From positions 57,846,001-57,910,000 of the forward strand of contig JAGIQG010000017.1 of NCBI GenBank assembly GCA_024679065.1: a stretch of DNA of 64,000 bases, in the 5' to 3' direction. A model generated the notes under the pieces. It did no database searches, was not told where the DNA came from, and saw nothing but the letters and a program-made list of their open reading frames with translations. This DNA is from Sphyrna mokarran (Eukaryota). Below, in pieces: positions 12,861 through 24,480 of the stretch. Position 1 is the first letter of the stretch, and each line of letters starts with the position of its first letter. The translations under genes were made by a program, and so were the position numbers.

Positions 12861-12964
12861 AAAGTCTCAATCCCGTAATTACTGTGAAAATAGACATTTA
12901 AGGATATGATTCTAACTGTGCTTCATTTTTAATTAACATCAATTCAAATACTTTTACCTCTCAG

Positions 12965-13094
12965 CTCCTGCTTTGACAGACCACGACGATGCTGAGACTC
13001 AAACCATTGATTCTGATGGGGCATTTACTGCTGAACCGAGACCCTGATGGTATCTTCACTTTGACAAGTTCCAGCGGTGATCTCAGCACGCTGG
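12965..13094 (+). pseudogene. Putative cytoplasmic-tail exon of SRCR gene, frameshifted
   Basis: CCTCTCAG| ... CTGG|GTGAG; 130 nt (129+1); PALTDHDDAETQTIDSD resembles YDDAE-type tail motifs; phase-1 reading stops at TGA 13045-13047, the shifted frame reads GHLLLNRDPDGIFTLTSSSGDLSTL to the donor. Confidence 0.55.
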
Positions 13095-13144
13095 GTGAGA
13101 CAAATTTTTGATTGTTCCGCTTACTCGAGGTCAGTACATTATAA

Positions 13145-13700
13145 ATTGATAAGAAATTGGAACACGATTCGGCCGCTGGGATCTTGCAGCCGGGTCCGTC
13201 CTTCAGTGGATGATGTCTAATCGGACATTCATCATATTGACTCTCTTACCCGTTCTACGTGATCCACGACTCCTTTACTGATCAATAATCTACCTAACTC
13301 AGCCTCAAACGTGCACAGGAACTTTGGCTCCTCAGCTCTCTATGGCAACGTGTTCCAAAGATTTCCCACTTACTGACAAGAACAAGTTCTTCAACTTTCA
13401 GTCTGAAATTTCTGCCTCTTCATTCTGAAACTACACAACTGGTGCTAGAATCTTTAATGGGTGCAAAATCATCTCAGCATTTACCCTGCCCATAAATCAT
13501 ACGTTTCAATGAGAGCATCTTGTGTTCTCCTGAATACCAATATCCATGGTGGCAACCTATTCTGCCTTTCCTCCTAAAACTATCCCTTGATGTCTGTGAT
13601 CATCCTCGGAGCCTTTCTTTGAGTTGCCCTTTATTAAACGGTGTTTCCATTAAATAAGGGACAATAAATGCTCAATACTCAATTTCTGATCTTTTCAGTA
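13145..13700 (-). mobile_element. Old degenerate CR1 3' end
   Basis: Diverged reverse complement of the CR1 tail and ORF2 end. Confidence 0.55.
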
Positions 13701-14049
13701 TCAATAATAATTATCTGAGACCTCTGTGTTCTGTTTTTTTTATGATTCGTGCAGAAGTACCACTTAGTTTCCATGTATTTTAGCTTCCTCCAGTTTTTCT
13801 TCAATTACGTTATTGATTTTATTTTGTTTTTTTTTAAACACGTTTTACTCTTTGTGCCATTTTTCATCCACTCACTTAACCCATCACTATATCTTTGTAA
13901 AATGTTTGCAGATCTCTCAAAACGTGCCTTGGTGCAAATTTTAACGCCAGCTTCAAATTTGTATCCAGAAGATTTGCATCTGCCTCCAAGTTGTCAGAAT
14001 ATGTTGCAAAGAGATGTATCAAGTTGTGAGTGGTGGTGCCTGATAGCTA

Positions 14050-15061
14050 AGGGGGCTGAGGGCAGATAAGTCCCCGGGATTGGATGGGATGCATCCCAGA
14101 GTTCTCAAGGAAATAGCAGAGGTGATAATGGATGCCCTAGTAATTATCTTTCCGAGTTCACTGGACTCCGGGAAAGTGCCAGAAGATTGGAAAACGGCTG
14201 ATGTTATGCCGCTGTTTAAAAAAGGTAGCATGCAGAGGGCAGGGAATTATAGGCCGGTTAGTTCAACGTCTGTAGTAGGAAAAATGTTTGAATCTGTCGT
14301 CAAAGCAGAAATAACGAGGCACCTGGATACGAACTGTTTGATCAGATAGATGCAGCACGGATTCGTTAAGGGGAAGACGTGCTTGACAAATTTATTGGAG
14401 TTTTATGAGGAAGTGACTAGTGTGGTAGATAGAGGGGAACAGGTGGATGCGGTGTTTTTGGATTTTCAAAAGGCGTTTGATAAGGTGCCTCACAAAAGAT
14501 TGCTGCAGAAGGTTAGGGTGCAGGGTTTTGGGGGTAGGGTGTTAGATTGGATAGATGATTGGTTGTCTAACAGGAAGCAGAGGGCAGGTATTAATGTGGG
14601 ATATTCTGATTGGCAGCTGGTGACAGCTAGGTTTGTACTCTTTGGAGTTTAGAAGGCTGAGAGAGGATCTTGTAGAGACGTATAAGGTACTGAAGGGGAT
14701 GGATAGGGTAGAGGTTGAGAAACTCTTCACTCTTAGCAAAGACAGCAGGACTGGAGGGCACAGCCTCAAGATTAGGGGAGGGGGGCGGTTCAGATTAGAG
14801 TTGCGAAGGAACTTCTTCACATAAAGAGTGGTGAATCTTTGGAATTCTCGACCTGGTGAAGTGGTGGAGGCTTCTTCACTGAATGTGTTCAAATCAAGAG
14901 TGGATAGGTTTTTGATTGACAAGGAAATAAAAGAAGAGAAAGTAGAGAAAGCGGGAAAGTGGTACTGAACCTCTACAGATCAGCCATGATCTTATTGAAT
15001 GGCAGGACAGGCTCAAGAGGCTGGATGGCCTACTCCTGCTCCTATTTCTTATGTTCTTATG
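14050..15061 (+). mobile_element. CR1 LINE (subfamily C), internally deleted
   Basis: SPGLDGMHPRVLKE, QHGFVKGKTCLTNL, DFQKAFDKVPH; jumps to the C-terminus at ~14625; CTTATGTT tail. Confidence 0.9.
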
Positions 15062-15149
15062 TGAGGCCTTTGGAAACCTACTGGCTACAGGTCGCCAAAC
15101 TGAAAAAAAAGCAAAAAAACAAAATCCTCCATCCCCGCAGCCTGTTTCC

Positions 15150-16050
15150 TGCTCATTAGTCAATTCTCTATTACTGCCAATGTAATGACTGCAAAACTAT
15201 GGGCTCTTTTCTTATGACTTAATCTTTTGTGGGTTATTTTGGTGAAGACATTTGGAAGCACAAAAACAATACATCAACATTGTTTTTGCACGACCCAATC
15301 CGATTGACACATCTTTTGAAAATTCAGGATGGATCATGAGTGTTTTATCCCGCTCTTAGGATCTTTACTCCTTCTGAGAATTACTTCCTTTTGCTAAGAA
15401 TCATGAATTATCTCCTTAAATTCCGACTGTTGTACAATTACTTTCTTCCTTAATAATCTATCCGCCCTGTTTACTTCATTCTGTTTTATGCTCACACTGG
15501 AATTTATTTCATTTAAATGAAACATCGCTCTTTCTGACTCAGAGTTCTCACACTTAAACTGATTATTCAACCCTATCATGTAATGATCGCATCCCAGAGA
15601 ATCCTTTATTCCGTGGTCATTGATTAAACTCCGTCTTTAACCACTGGTTGTTTCCTAGTTTTCACCATTGTATATCGTTCCAGTAATCTATCCATAATAC
15701 CATTTGTGAATTTGTTGCTGCAGCTATCCTTCCCAACTTTATTGGACAATCAACATTATTAAGTTAACACACAGTTATCCTTCTACTATTTTCACATGCT
15801 CCATTATTTGCTGATATATTGCTTTTCCTGCAATATATCAACATTATTTCCTGGCTCAGGGTGTATTCTATCCTCCTTCGAATGTGTCCCCCCTCCCCTC
15901 CTTTGCTATTTTCCATCTCCGTCCTCATGGACCTTATTTCATCCAAGCCAAAATGCTCTCTCGCAATTTTCTTTTTCATTTCAGCCTTTATTAACTGTGC
16001 AACCCCATCATATTCTCCTCCCTCTTCCTGCCTATGTCTGCAGTACCTAT
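15150..16050 (-). mobile_element. Highly degenerate CR1 ORF2 fragment
   Basis: Diverged similarity to RT and endonuclease regions on the minus strand. Confidence 0.45.
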
Positions 16051-16061
16051 ATGCACCATAA

Positions 16062-16560
16062 CTTCAGGTTCCTCAAATTCCCCTTTCAGGATGTCTGGGA
16101 GACGTCCAGAAACATCCCGGATCCCAGCTCCAGGAAGACAAACCACCATCCACGACTCTCACCTGCGTCCACAAAAACGCCTGTCTGAACCCCTCACAGT
16201 GGAGTTCCCTATTAGTATCGCCTTGCCTCTCACTTCCTTAGATTTTTGGCGTACTGGCGCAGGTTTAGAGATAGGGCCACTGCTGTCTCCCTCGAACGAG
16301 TTGTCCCCCCCAGTAGTACTCAAGCAGGAGTACTTATTATGAATGGGGACACCCGCCGGTGTGCTCTCCATCACCCGAGTTTGCCCTTTCCTGATAGTCA
16401 CCCACGCGCCTTCTTCTCGTTGCCCTGGTGTGACCACCTGTTGATAACTCCTGTCGATTATCTCCTCGCTCTCTCTAATGAGACGAAGATCCTCAAGCTG
16501 CATCTCCAGTTCCTTAACCTTATCCCTTAGGAACTGCAGCTCTACACACCCAGCACAGCT
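16062..16560 (-). mobile_element. CR1 ORF1 fragment (zinc-finger/leucine-zipper plus SGNH esterase-like)
   Basis: CAGCVELQFLRDKVKELEMQLEDL...LIGNSTVRGSDRRFCGR. Confidence 0.85.
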
Positions 16561-18965
16561 GTTCTTGGGGAAGAGTACAGAAGGGAAGTGGCGGTTTTTC
16601 AAGGAATGTTTGTCTCGGCACTGCAAGACAATGTTCCGAGGAGTCAAGGAGGTTCTGGTAGGATGCAGGAACCGTGATACATGAAGGTAGTGGTGAACCT
16701 AGTTAGGAAGAAAACAAAGGTATATAAAAGATTCAGAGAGCTAGGGGATGCTAGGGATATAGAGGAGTATAACGTGTGTAGAAGGGAACTTAAAAAGGAA
16801 ATTAGGAGAGCCAGAAGAGGTCATGAGAAGGCCTTGGCAGGTAAGATTAAGGAGAATCCCAAGGCCTTCTACAAATATGTGAAAAGTAAAATGATGAGAA
16901 GAGAAGGGATAGGACCTATAAAAGGTGAAGGAGGAAATGTCTGTGTGAATCTGGAAGAAATGGCAGAGGTGCTTAATGAGTACTTTGCCTTGGTATTCAC
17001 AGTGGAAAGTGAACTGGGAGATTGCACTGCAGGTTTGAGGCATATGGAAAAGATTGAATATGTGGATGTTAAGAAAGAGGATGTGTTAGACCTGTTAAAT
17101 TCTATCAAGATAGACAAGTCGCCAGGACCGGATGGGATGTACCCCAGGTTTTTGTGGGAGGTGAGGGAAGTGGTTGCAGAGCCCCTGGCGATGATCTTTG
17201 CGTCGTCCATGGAAACGGGAGAGGTTCCGGAGGATTGGAGGATTGTGGATGTGGTTCCTATCTTTAAGAAAGGGAACAGGGATAGTCCAGGAAATTACTG
17301 ACCGGTGAGTTTGACTTCAGTGGTTGGTAAGCTGATGGGGAGGCTTCTGAGGGATAAGATATATGAACATTTGGAGAAGTTTGAAATAGAAATTAGAAAG
17401 AGTCAGCATGGTTTTGTCAAGGGCAGGTCATGCCTTACGAGCCTAGTTGAGTTCTTCGAAAATGTGACTGAACACATTGACGAAGGAAGGGTGGTGGGCG
17501 TAGTGTACGTGGACTTTAGTAAGGCGTTTGATAAGGTCCCCCATGCAAGGCTTCTGGAGAAGGTGAGAGGGCATGGGATCCAAGGGGCTTTGGCCTTGTG
17601 GATCCAGAACTGCCTTGCCGACAGAAGGCAGAGAGTGGTTGTGGATGGGTCTTGTTCTGCATAGAGGTCGGTAACCAGTGGAGACCCCAGGGATCTGTTC
17701 TGGGACCCCTGCTGTTTGTCATTTTCATAAATGACCTGGATGAGCAAGTGGAGGGATAGGTTAGCAAATATAAAGGTCGGTGGTGTTGTGGATGGTCTGG
17801 AGGGATGCCAAAAGTTGCAGTGGGACATAGACAGGATGCAAGACTGGGCGGAGAAGTGGCAGATGGACATCAACGCAGGTAAATGTGTAGTGGTCCATTT
17901 TGGCAGGAATAATGGGATGAAGGAGTACAATATAAGGGGTAGGAGTCTTAGCTGTGTTTTACAGTAGAAGGACCTCGGGGTCCGGGTCCATGGGACTCTT
18001 AAATCGGCCTCGCAGGTGGAGGAATTGGTCAAGAAGACGTATGGTGTACTAACCTTCATTAATCGAGGAATAGAGTTTAGGAGTCAGGAGGTAAAGATGC
18101 AGCTCTATAAGACTCTTGTCAGACCCCAGTTGGAGTATTGTGCGCAGTTCTGGTCGCCTCATTATAGGAAGGATGTAGAGGCTATTGAGAGAGTTCAGAG
18201 GAGATTTACAAGGATGCTGCCTGGATTGGGAGGCAGGCCTTATGAAGATAGGTTGAGGGAGCTGGGACTCTTCTCACTGGAGAGACGTAGGTTGAGAGGC
18301 GACCTGATAGAGGTTTATAAAATGTTGAGAGGAATAGATAGGGTGGACTCTCAGAGACTATTTCCCCGAGCTGAAATGGTCACTACGAGAGGACACAGAT
18401 TTAAGGTGCAGGGAAGCAAATACAAAGGAGATGTCGGGGGTAGGTTTTTCACTCAGAGGGTGGTGAGTGAATGAAACCGACTGCCGTCGGAGGTTGTTGA
18501 GGCAAACTCACTGGGGTCTTTTAAGAGACTTATGGATGAGTATATGTAAAAGAATAGGATAGGTGGTTATAGAACATAGAACATAGAACGTTACAGCACA
18601 GAACAGGCCCTTCGGCCTTCGATGTTGCGCCAACCAATATAAAAAGCAATGCCCCTCCAAACTAAACCATTCCCTTCTCTTCCATATACTTATCAACTAA
18701 CTTCTTAAACGCCACCAAACTTGGCGCATCTACAACTGCTGCAGGCAGGGCATTCCACTCCTGAACCATCCTTTGGGTAAAGAACCTACCTCTGATATCC
18801 GTCCTATAACTACCACCTCTTAATTTAAAGCTGTGTCCCCTCGTGCTAGTTTTCTCAATCCTAGGAAAAAGGTCTATAGATAGGTTTGTGGATTGATCAA
18901 TGTGATCGGCGCAACTCGTGGGCAGAAGGGCCTGTTTGTGCTGTATTGTTCTATGTTCTATGTTC
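16561..18965 (+). mobile_element. CR1 LINE (subfamily B) ORF2 and 3' tail, interrupted by subfamily A
   Basis: ORFs 16681, 17305 and 18016 with RT motifs; tail resumes at 18873 and ends in (ATGTTCT)n. Confidence 0.92.
18570..18872 (-). mobile_element. CR1 subfamily A 3' fragment nested in the subfamily B 3' UTR
   Basis: (AGAACAT)n tail at the left end; sequence near-identical to other A copies. Confidence 0.9.
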
Positions 18966-19335
18966 CCCCCTGGCATTGTGAATGTTGAATGTCCCTGAAA
19001 ATGAAGTTCCCAGCTCTGATTTATTTGCAAACAAGTCTTCGCAAAAGCTGTTCACTCAAATCCAGATACCTTGGTTTGCGCTGTCTGTTCGAATATTTCG
19101 AAGTCTGTGCATTCAGATATAAAGCATTTAAAGATTTGTCTTTTGCCATTATTAATCATCATACGTGTTGTGAAGATATTTGCCTTCTGTCGTTCATTAT
19201 CCGAGCTCTCGATGCTGCATTTTACTGTTTTCTCATTATTATTTATTCTAGTGCTTGTTTCCTATACCAAACATCCAGTTGTCATTCCATTTTATCCCAT
19301 CCTAACTACACAATTAAATACTCACCAAAGGACAG

Positions 19336-19437
19336 CATTTTCGTTCCTGACCAGGTGCAACCCGTCCAGTTTGTTTTGGCCTGTCCCGACCCAACCTGAA
19401 CGCGTACCAACGTCCCAGCAATGTAAAACCCGCAAAG
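19336..19437 (+). CDS. Candidate Pro/Ser/Thr-rich tail exon of SRCR gene
   Basis: GACAG| ... AAAG|GTAGT, 102 nt, phase 1-1, open: FSFLTRCNPSSLFWPVPTQPERVPTSQQCKTRK. Confidence 0.4.
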
Positions 19438-19459
19438 GTAGTAAAGGTGCTCAGCTGAT

Positions 19460-19910
19460 ATAGAGTCATGGGGATTTACAGCATAGAAACAAGCCCTTCG
19501 GCCCAACTTGTCCATGATGCCCTATTTAAAAAAAAAACTATGCTAATCTCACTCGCCCGCATTGGCCCATATCTCTCTATACCCACGTACCCGTATAGCT
19601 CTGTAAATGTTTTTTAATATAAAATTGTACCTTCCTCTACCACTGCCTCTGGTTCCAGACACTCACCAGACTCTGTGTGTTAACAAAAATGCCTCTCAGG
19701 ACACGTTTGTGTCTCGCCCCTCTCAAAAAAACCTATGCCCTCTAATTTTAATCTCTCCTACCTTTTGGGAGAAAAAATGAATATCTACCTTGAATATGCC
19801 GCACATTATTTTATAGACCTTTATAAGGTCAGCCCTCAGCTTTCTATGTTCCAGAGAAAAAGAAGTTCGAGACTATTCAGCCTCTCTTTAAAATTCAATC
19901 CATCAAGTTT
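19460..19910 (-). mobile_element. Older CR1 3' end
   Basis: ACAGCATAGAAACAAGCCCTTCGGCCCAAC tail, diverged ORF2 end. Confidence 0.7.
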
Positions 19911-19914
19911 CGAT

Positions 19915-21240
19915 AGGAATTATAGACCGGTGAGTCTTCCTTCTGTTGTGGGCAAAGTATTGGAAAGAATTATTAGGGATAAGATATAGTTATTTAGAGA
20001 GAAATGTATTGATTGGGGATAGTCAGCATGGTTTTGTGAAGGGTAGGTCGTGCCTTACTATCCTTATTGAGTTTTTTGAAAAAGTGACCAAAGAGGTGGA
20101 TGGGGTAAGGCAGTTGATGTGTTGTGTATGGAGTTTAGTAAGGCGTTCGATAAGGTGGCCCATGGAAGGCTTCTTCAGAAAATGCCGATGTATGGGATTG
20201 AGGGTGATTTAGCTAATTGGATTAGGAATTGGCTAGCTGATAGAAGGCAGAGGGTGGTGGTTGATGGAAATTATTCATCGTGGAGTTCGGTTACAATTGG
20301 TGTACCTCAGGAATCTGTTTTGGGGCCCCTACTGGATTAGTAAATTTGCAGACGACACTAAAGTCGGTGGAGTGGTAGATAGTGAAGAGGGTGTTATAGT
20401 TTGCAGAGGACTTGGACAAATTGCAGAGCTGGGCCGAGAGGTGGCAAATGGAGTTTAATGTGGAAAAGTGTGAGGTAATGCACTATGGCAGAAATAATAA
20501 ATGTGTAGAGTATAGGGCAAATGGTAGTATTCTTAGTAGTCTAGATGAACAGAGGGATCTTGGTGTGTATGTGCATAGATCCCTGAAAGTAGGCAGTCAG
20601 ATCGAGAAGGTTGTTAGGAAGGCGTATGGAGTCTTGGCTTTTATTGGTAGAGGGATTGAATTTCGGAGCCGCAACGTCATGTTGCAACTGTACAAAACTC
20701 TAGTGCGGCCGCACTTGGAGTATTGTGTGCAGTTCTGGTCCCCACATTATAAGAAAGATGTGGAGGCATTGGAGAGGGTACAGAGGAGGTTTACCACGAT
20801 GTTGCCTGGTATGGAGGGCAGGTCTTATGAGGAGAGGCTGAGGGATTTGAGGTTGTTTGTTAGAAAGGAGTAGGTAAGAGGGGACCTGATCGAAACATAT
20901 AAGATGATTAGAGGTTTAGATAGGGTGGACAGTGATAGCCTTTTTCCTAGGATGGAAAAAGCTAGCACGAGGGGACACAGCTTTAAATTAAGGATGATAG
21001 TTATAGGACGGATATCAGAGGCAGGTTCTTTACCCAAAGGGTGGTTCGGGAGTGGAATGCCCTGCCTGCAGCAGTTGTAGATGCGCCAAGTTTGGTGGCG
21101 TAAGAGGTTAGTTGATAAGTATATGGAAGAGAAGGGAATGGTTTAGTTTGGAGGGGCATTGCTTTTTATATTGGTTGGCGCAACATCGAAGGCCGAAGGG
21201 CCTGTTCTGTGCTGTAATGTTCTATGTTCTATGTTCTATG
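19915..21240 (+). mobile_element. CR1 subfamily A, 5'-truncated
   Basis: RT and C-terminal ORF2 pieces, (ATGTTCT)n tail. Confidence 0.93.
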
Positions 21241-22196
21241 CTGTTTGTAATTTTGATAAATGATCTGGATGAGGGTATTGAAGGATCGATTAGTAAATTT
21301 GCGGATGACCCCAAAGTCGGAGGAGTGGTAGATAGTGAAGAGGGGTGTTATAGTTTGCAGAGAGACTTGGACAAGGTGCAGAGCTGGGCCGAGAGGTGGC
21401 TAATGGAGTTTAATGTGGAAAAGTGTGAGGTAATTCACTTTGGCAGGAATAACAAATGTGTAGAGTATAGGGCTAATGGTAGGACTCTTAATAGTGTTGA
21501 TGAACAGAGGGATCTTGGTGTATATGTGCATAGATCCCTGAAAGTTGGCAATCAAGTCGATAAGGTTGTTAAGAAGGCATACGGAGTCTTAGCTTTTATT
21601 GGTAGGGGGATTGAATTTCGGAGCCGCAACGTCATGTTGCAACTGTACAAAACTCTAGTGCGGCTGCACTTGGAGTATTGTGTACTGTTCTGGTCCCCGC
21701 ATTATAAGAAAGATGTGGAGGCATTGGAGAGGGTACAGAGGAGGTTTACCAGGATGTTGCCTGGTATGGAGGGCAGGTCTTATGAAGAGAGGCTGAGGGA
21801 TTTGAGGTTGTTTTCATTAGAATGAAGGCGGCTAAGAGGAGACCTTATTGAAACATATAAGATGATTAGAGGTTTAGATAGGGTGGACAGTGATAGCCTT
21901 TTTTCTCGGATGGAGAAAGCTAGCACGAGGGGACATAGCTTTAAATTAAGGGGTGGTAGTTATAGGACGGATGTCAGAGGTAGGTTCTTTACCCAGAGGG
22001 TGGTAAGGGTATGGAATGCCCTGCCTGCTGCAGTTGTAGATGCGCCACGTTTTGTGGCGTTTAAGAGGTTAGTAGATAAATTTATGGATGAAAAGGGAAT
22101 GGTTTAGGTTAGAGGGCCATTGCTCTTTCTTAATTGGTCGGCGCAACATCGAAGGCCGAAGGGCCTGTTCTGCGCTGTAATGTTATATATTCTATG
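21241..22196 (+). mobile_element. CR1 subfamily A, 5'-truncated, tandem with the previous copy
   Basis: Starts at LFVILINDLDEG right after the previous tail; has its own 3' tail. Confidence 0.93.
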
Positions 22197-22722
22197 ATAG
22201 CATCCTAATAAATATTTTCTGCACTTTATTTTCTCGTTTAGGAACATTATTTCTATAATAGGGCGAACAGAATTGCACACAGTATTCCAAGTATGGCCTT
22301 ACCAATATCTGGTACAACATCAACAAGACGTCCCAACTCCTGCATTCACTGTTCTGACCGCCTTACCAGTACCTTGTACAACTTCAACAAGAATTTGTAC
22401 AGCATTTGGGATTAGTTCCCGCCGTGAATGCACAGAATTGTATTAAACAAGGAACCTGCTTCAAGCCCAAAGTTCACCAAAAAATATGTCGAACTCTACG
22501 TAGACCGGCATTCATCCAATTTATCGGTTCCTTCCACGCCAGCAAAGAATGAGAATGTTACCCGTGGTGCAAGCATAGGCTTTAACAGACATTGGGCAGT
22601 GACCATGTCCGAAGTTTGCATGGATACATTATTAATCGTATTTTCCGGCGTTTTCCAATGGAAGTGCAACAGTGCAGAGATATGACTGTCTCACATGCTT
22701 TCTGGTTTGTGATTTGCTGCAG

Positions 22723-22749
22723 GAGTTTCAGTGGCGCATTACAATGAAC
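22723..22749 (+). CDS. Candidate 27-nt tail mini-exon
   Basis: CTGCAG| GVSVAHYNE |GTATCA (weak donor), phase 1-1. Confidence 0.3.
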
Positions 22750-22892
22750 GTATCAGAGAAAATGTGCAGCGTGTAATTGATAGAAATAAATTTCGAGTTG
22801 AACTGAAAAATAATAAAGGTATTTGTGAAGTGTTGACCTGATTGTGGAAATTGTTGTTATTCTTACACTTTTTTTTTCTGTTACTGTTTCAG

Positions 22893-22951
22893 GTCATAGT
22901 CTTCAACAACTTCAGGATGTGACGTCCACGGACATACGGATCACGTATTAA
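22893..22951 (+). CDS. Candidate terminal coding exon followed by 3' UTR and AATAAA (23298-23303)
   Basis: Strong polypyrimidine acceptor TTTTTCTGTTACTGTTTCAG|, reads HSLQQLQDVTSTDIRITY*; AATAAA with GT-rich sequence downstream. Confidence 0.4.
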
Positions 22952-23369
22952 ATGGAAGAGGACGCCCTGTAACAGTCCCACAAATATCGCCATGTCGAAT
23001 ATGCTTTAGTCTTAGATAAAAACGTTGTTGTTTTCATATCAATAATTCGTAACTTCACGTCGCGTATTGTGAATTCTCATTTCTGTCCCTATTGTGAGTA
23101 AAAGTGCAAACGTTTTGTTCAATCAACAATGAAAAACAACCTAGAATATATATCAAGTGTTGCCCTGTCCATATTAAAGCTGTAACATCGCATTGCATTG
23201 TGGAACGGAACCGCTTTTGTAATTCAAGACTCGATACGTATTTTTGCCAAATAGATTTGAAGTTTATTTTGTAAAAGATTCCTTTCTAATGCCATTAAAT
23301 AAAGATTACGGCAGATAAATACATGGTTTGAGTCCGTTGTCTTCATTTATTATACTCTAAATCGTCAAG

Positions 23370-24480
23370 GAGGCAGAGAGAGGACATTTACCGGTGAAGA
23401 GGGGTTGTCGTAGATTGCTGGGAGGATTAGAGAGGACATTAGGAAGAAGATTTTCACTCAGAGAGTAGTTGGTGACTGGAATTTGTTGCGTCACCTGGTG
23501 GTTCAGACAGAAACTCCTCGGATCACTCGATCGGCCTCCAGATCTGCAGCTGAAATGTTGGAACCTGTAAAGATGGGGCTCATGACGGGTCACTAGAAGG
23601 TGAGATTAGAATGGAATGCGAGTTTATAGATCCCGAGCTGATACAGATGTGATGGGTTGAATGGCCTCCTTCTCTGCCATAACGTTTTCTCTGCTTTCAA
23701 ATAGCCCCATCGCGAAGCAAGGTGGAAGAATGAGATGTTTTTAAATAAGAAATAAGAGGAAAGATGAGGATATTGAGGCAACGCTGAGTTATTCTGACAC
23801 CCATTCCCCCTTCAATAATCAAAGTGAGTGAGAAATCATCCCACCCGCCACATGTTCAACCCAAATGCATTTACCCTAGTGGCAGTACAGTGGCACAGTG
23901 TTTAACGCTGCTGCCTCACAACACCAGGGACCCAAGTTCGATTCTAGCCTCAGGTCACTGTCTGTGCTGAGATTGCACATTCTCCCCTTGTCTATGTGCA
24001 TTTCTTCTGGGTGCTCCGGTTTCCTCCCACATTCCAAGATGTGTGAGTTAGGGGGATGAGAAGGTAAATATGTGAAGATAGGGGAGTTGCGTAACATGTC
24101 CTTTTGATGCAGAGTCAGGATTTTATGGTTTTAAGTCGGGGTAGTTTGATTCCTGGGGTCAAGTTGCTGCGGTGACAATTCACTCTCTGTCTTTAAACAC
24201 TCTGCAATGCTAAGACTGGGGAGAGGAGTGTGCAGCAGGGAGCAGCATTGTAGCTTCTCTCCCCCCATTGAAACTGGGATTTTTGCTCCATCTGCTGCAC
24301 CATCCCCACCACATCCAATGGGGAGCAATATGGACAATGGGCTACAGGCAGACCCATCGCTGACGGCCATCTTATATTGCTCAAACAACCAGCCGGCGGC
24401 CATCTTGCGTTGCCAGAGAAGACGGCTCCCGCCATCTTGCGTTGCCAGGGGAGACATCAGGCGGCCATCTTGAGTTGCCT
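23370..24480 (+). repeat. Copy 1 of an old ~1.1 kb duplication (old CR1 end, unique spacer, SINE, conserved core, GCCATCTT array)
   Basis: Colinear similarity to 38990-40075, e.g. TTTTCTCTGCTTTC...AATAAGAAATAAGAGGAAA...CCAAATGCATTT and the near-identical core 24192-24345. Confidence 0.8.
23878..24060 (+). mobile_element. tRNA-derived SINE (HE1/V-SINE-like)
   Basis: GTGGCACAGTGTTTAACGCTGCTGCCTCAC...GTTCGATTC (A/B boxes) plus GGGTGCTCCGGTTTCCTCCCAC. Confidence 0.85.

Larger units (their letters stand above)
3426..23303 (+). pseudogene. Group-B SRCR multi-domain gene (CD163/WC1/SCART-like), truncated or pseudogenised gene model
   Basis: Five intact phase-1 SRCR exons, a linker exon, a decayed sixth SRCR exon, no TM exon found, frameshifted tail exon, three further phase-1 candidate tail exons and AATAAA at 23298. 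Possible decayed leader at 3426-3494 (VKFPELFIPFQIWTE*... GCAG|GTATTT). Confidence 0.65.

Noticed and set aside
17403-18059. Recurrent antisense ORFs over CR1 RT (also 1846, 25512, 44042, 63497)
   Set aside because: Shadow frames of repeated CR1 sequence; recurrence reflects copy number.
23878-23950. tRNA genes at the A/B-box sequences
   Set aside because: They continue into SINE bodies and tails, so they are SINE heads.
24192-24267. Pseudoknot core as telomerase RNA or HDV-like ribozyme
   Set aside because: No CUAACCCU template, and no room for the P1.1, P4 and J4/2 elements of the HDV fold on either strand.
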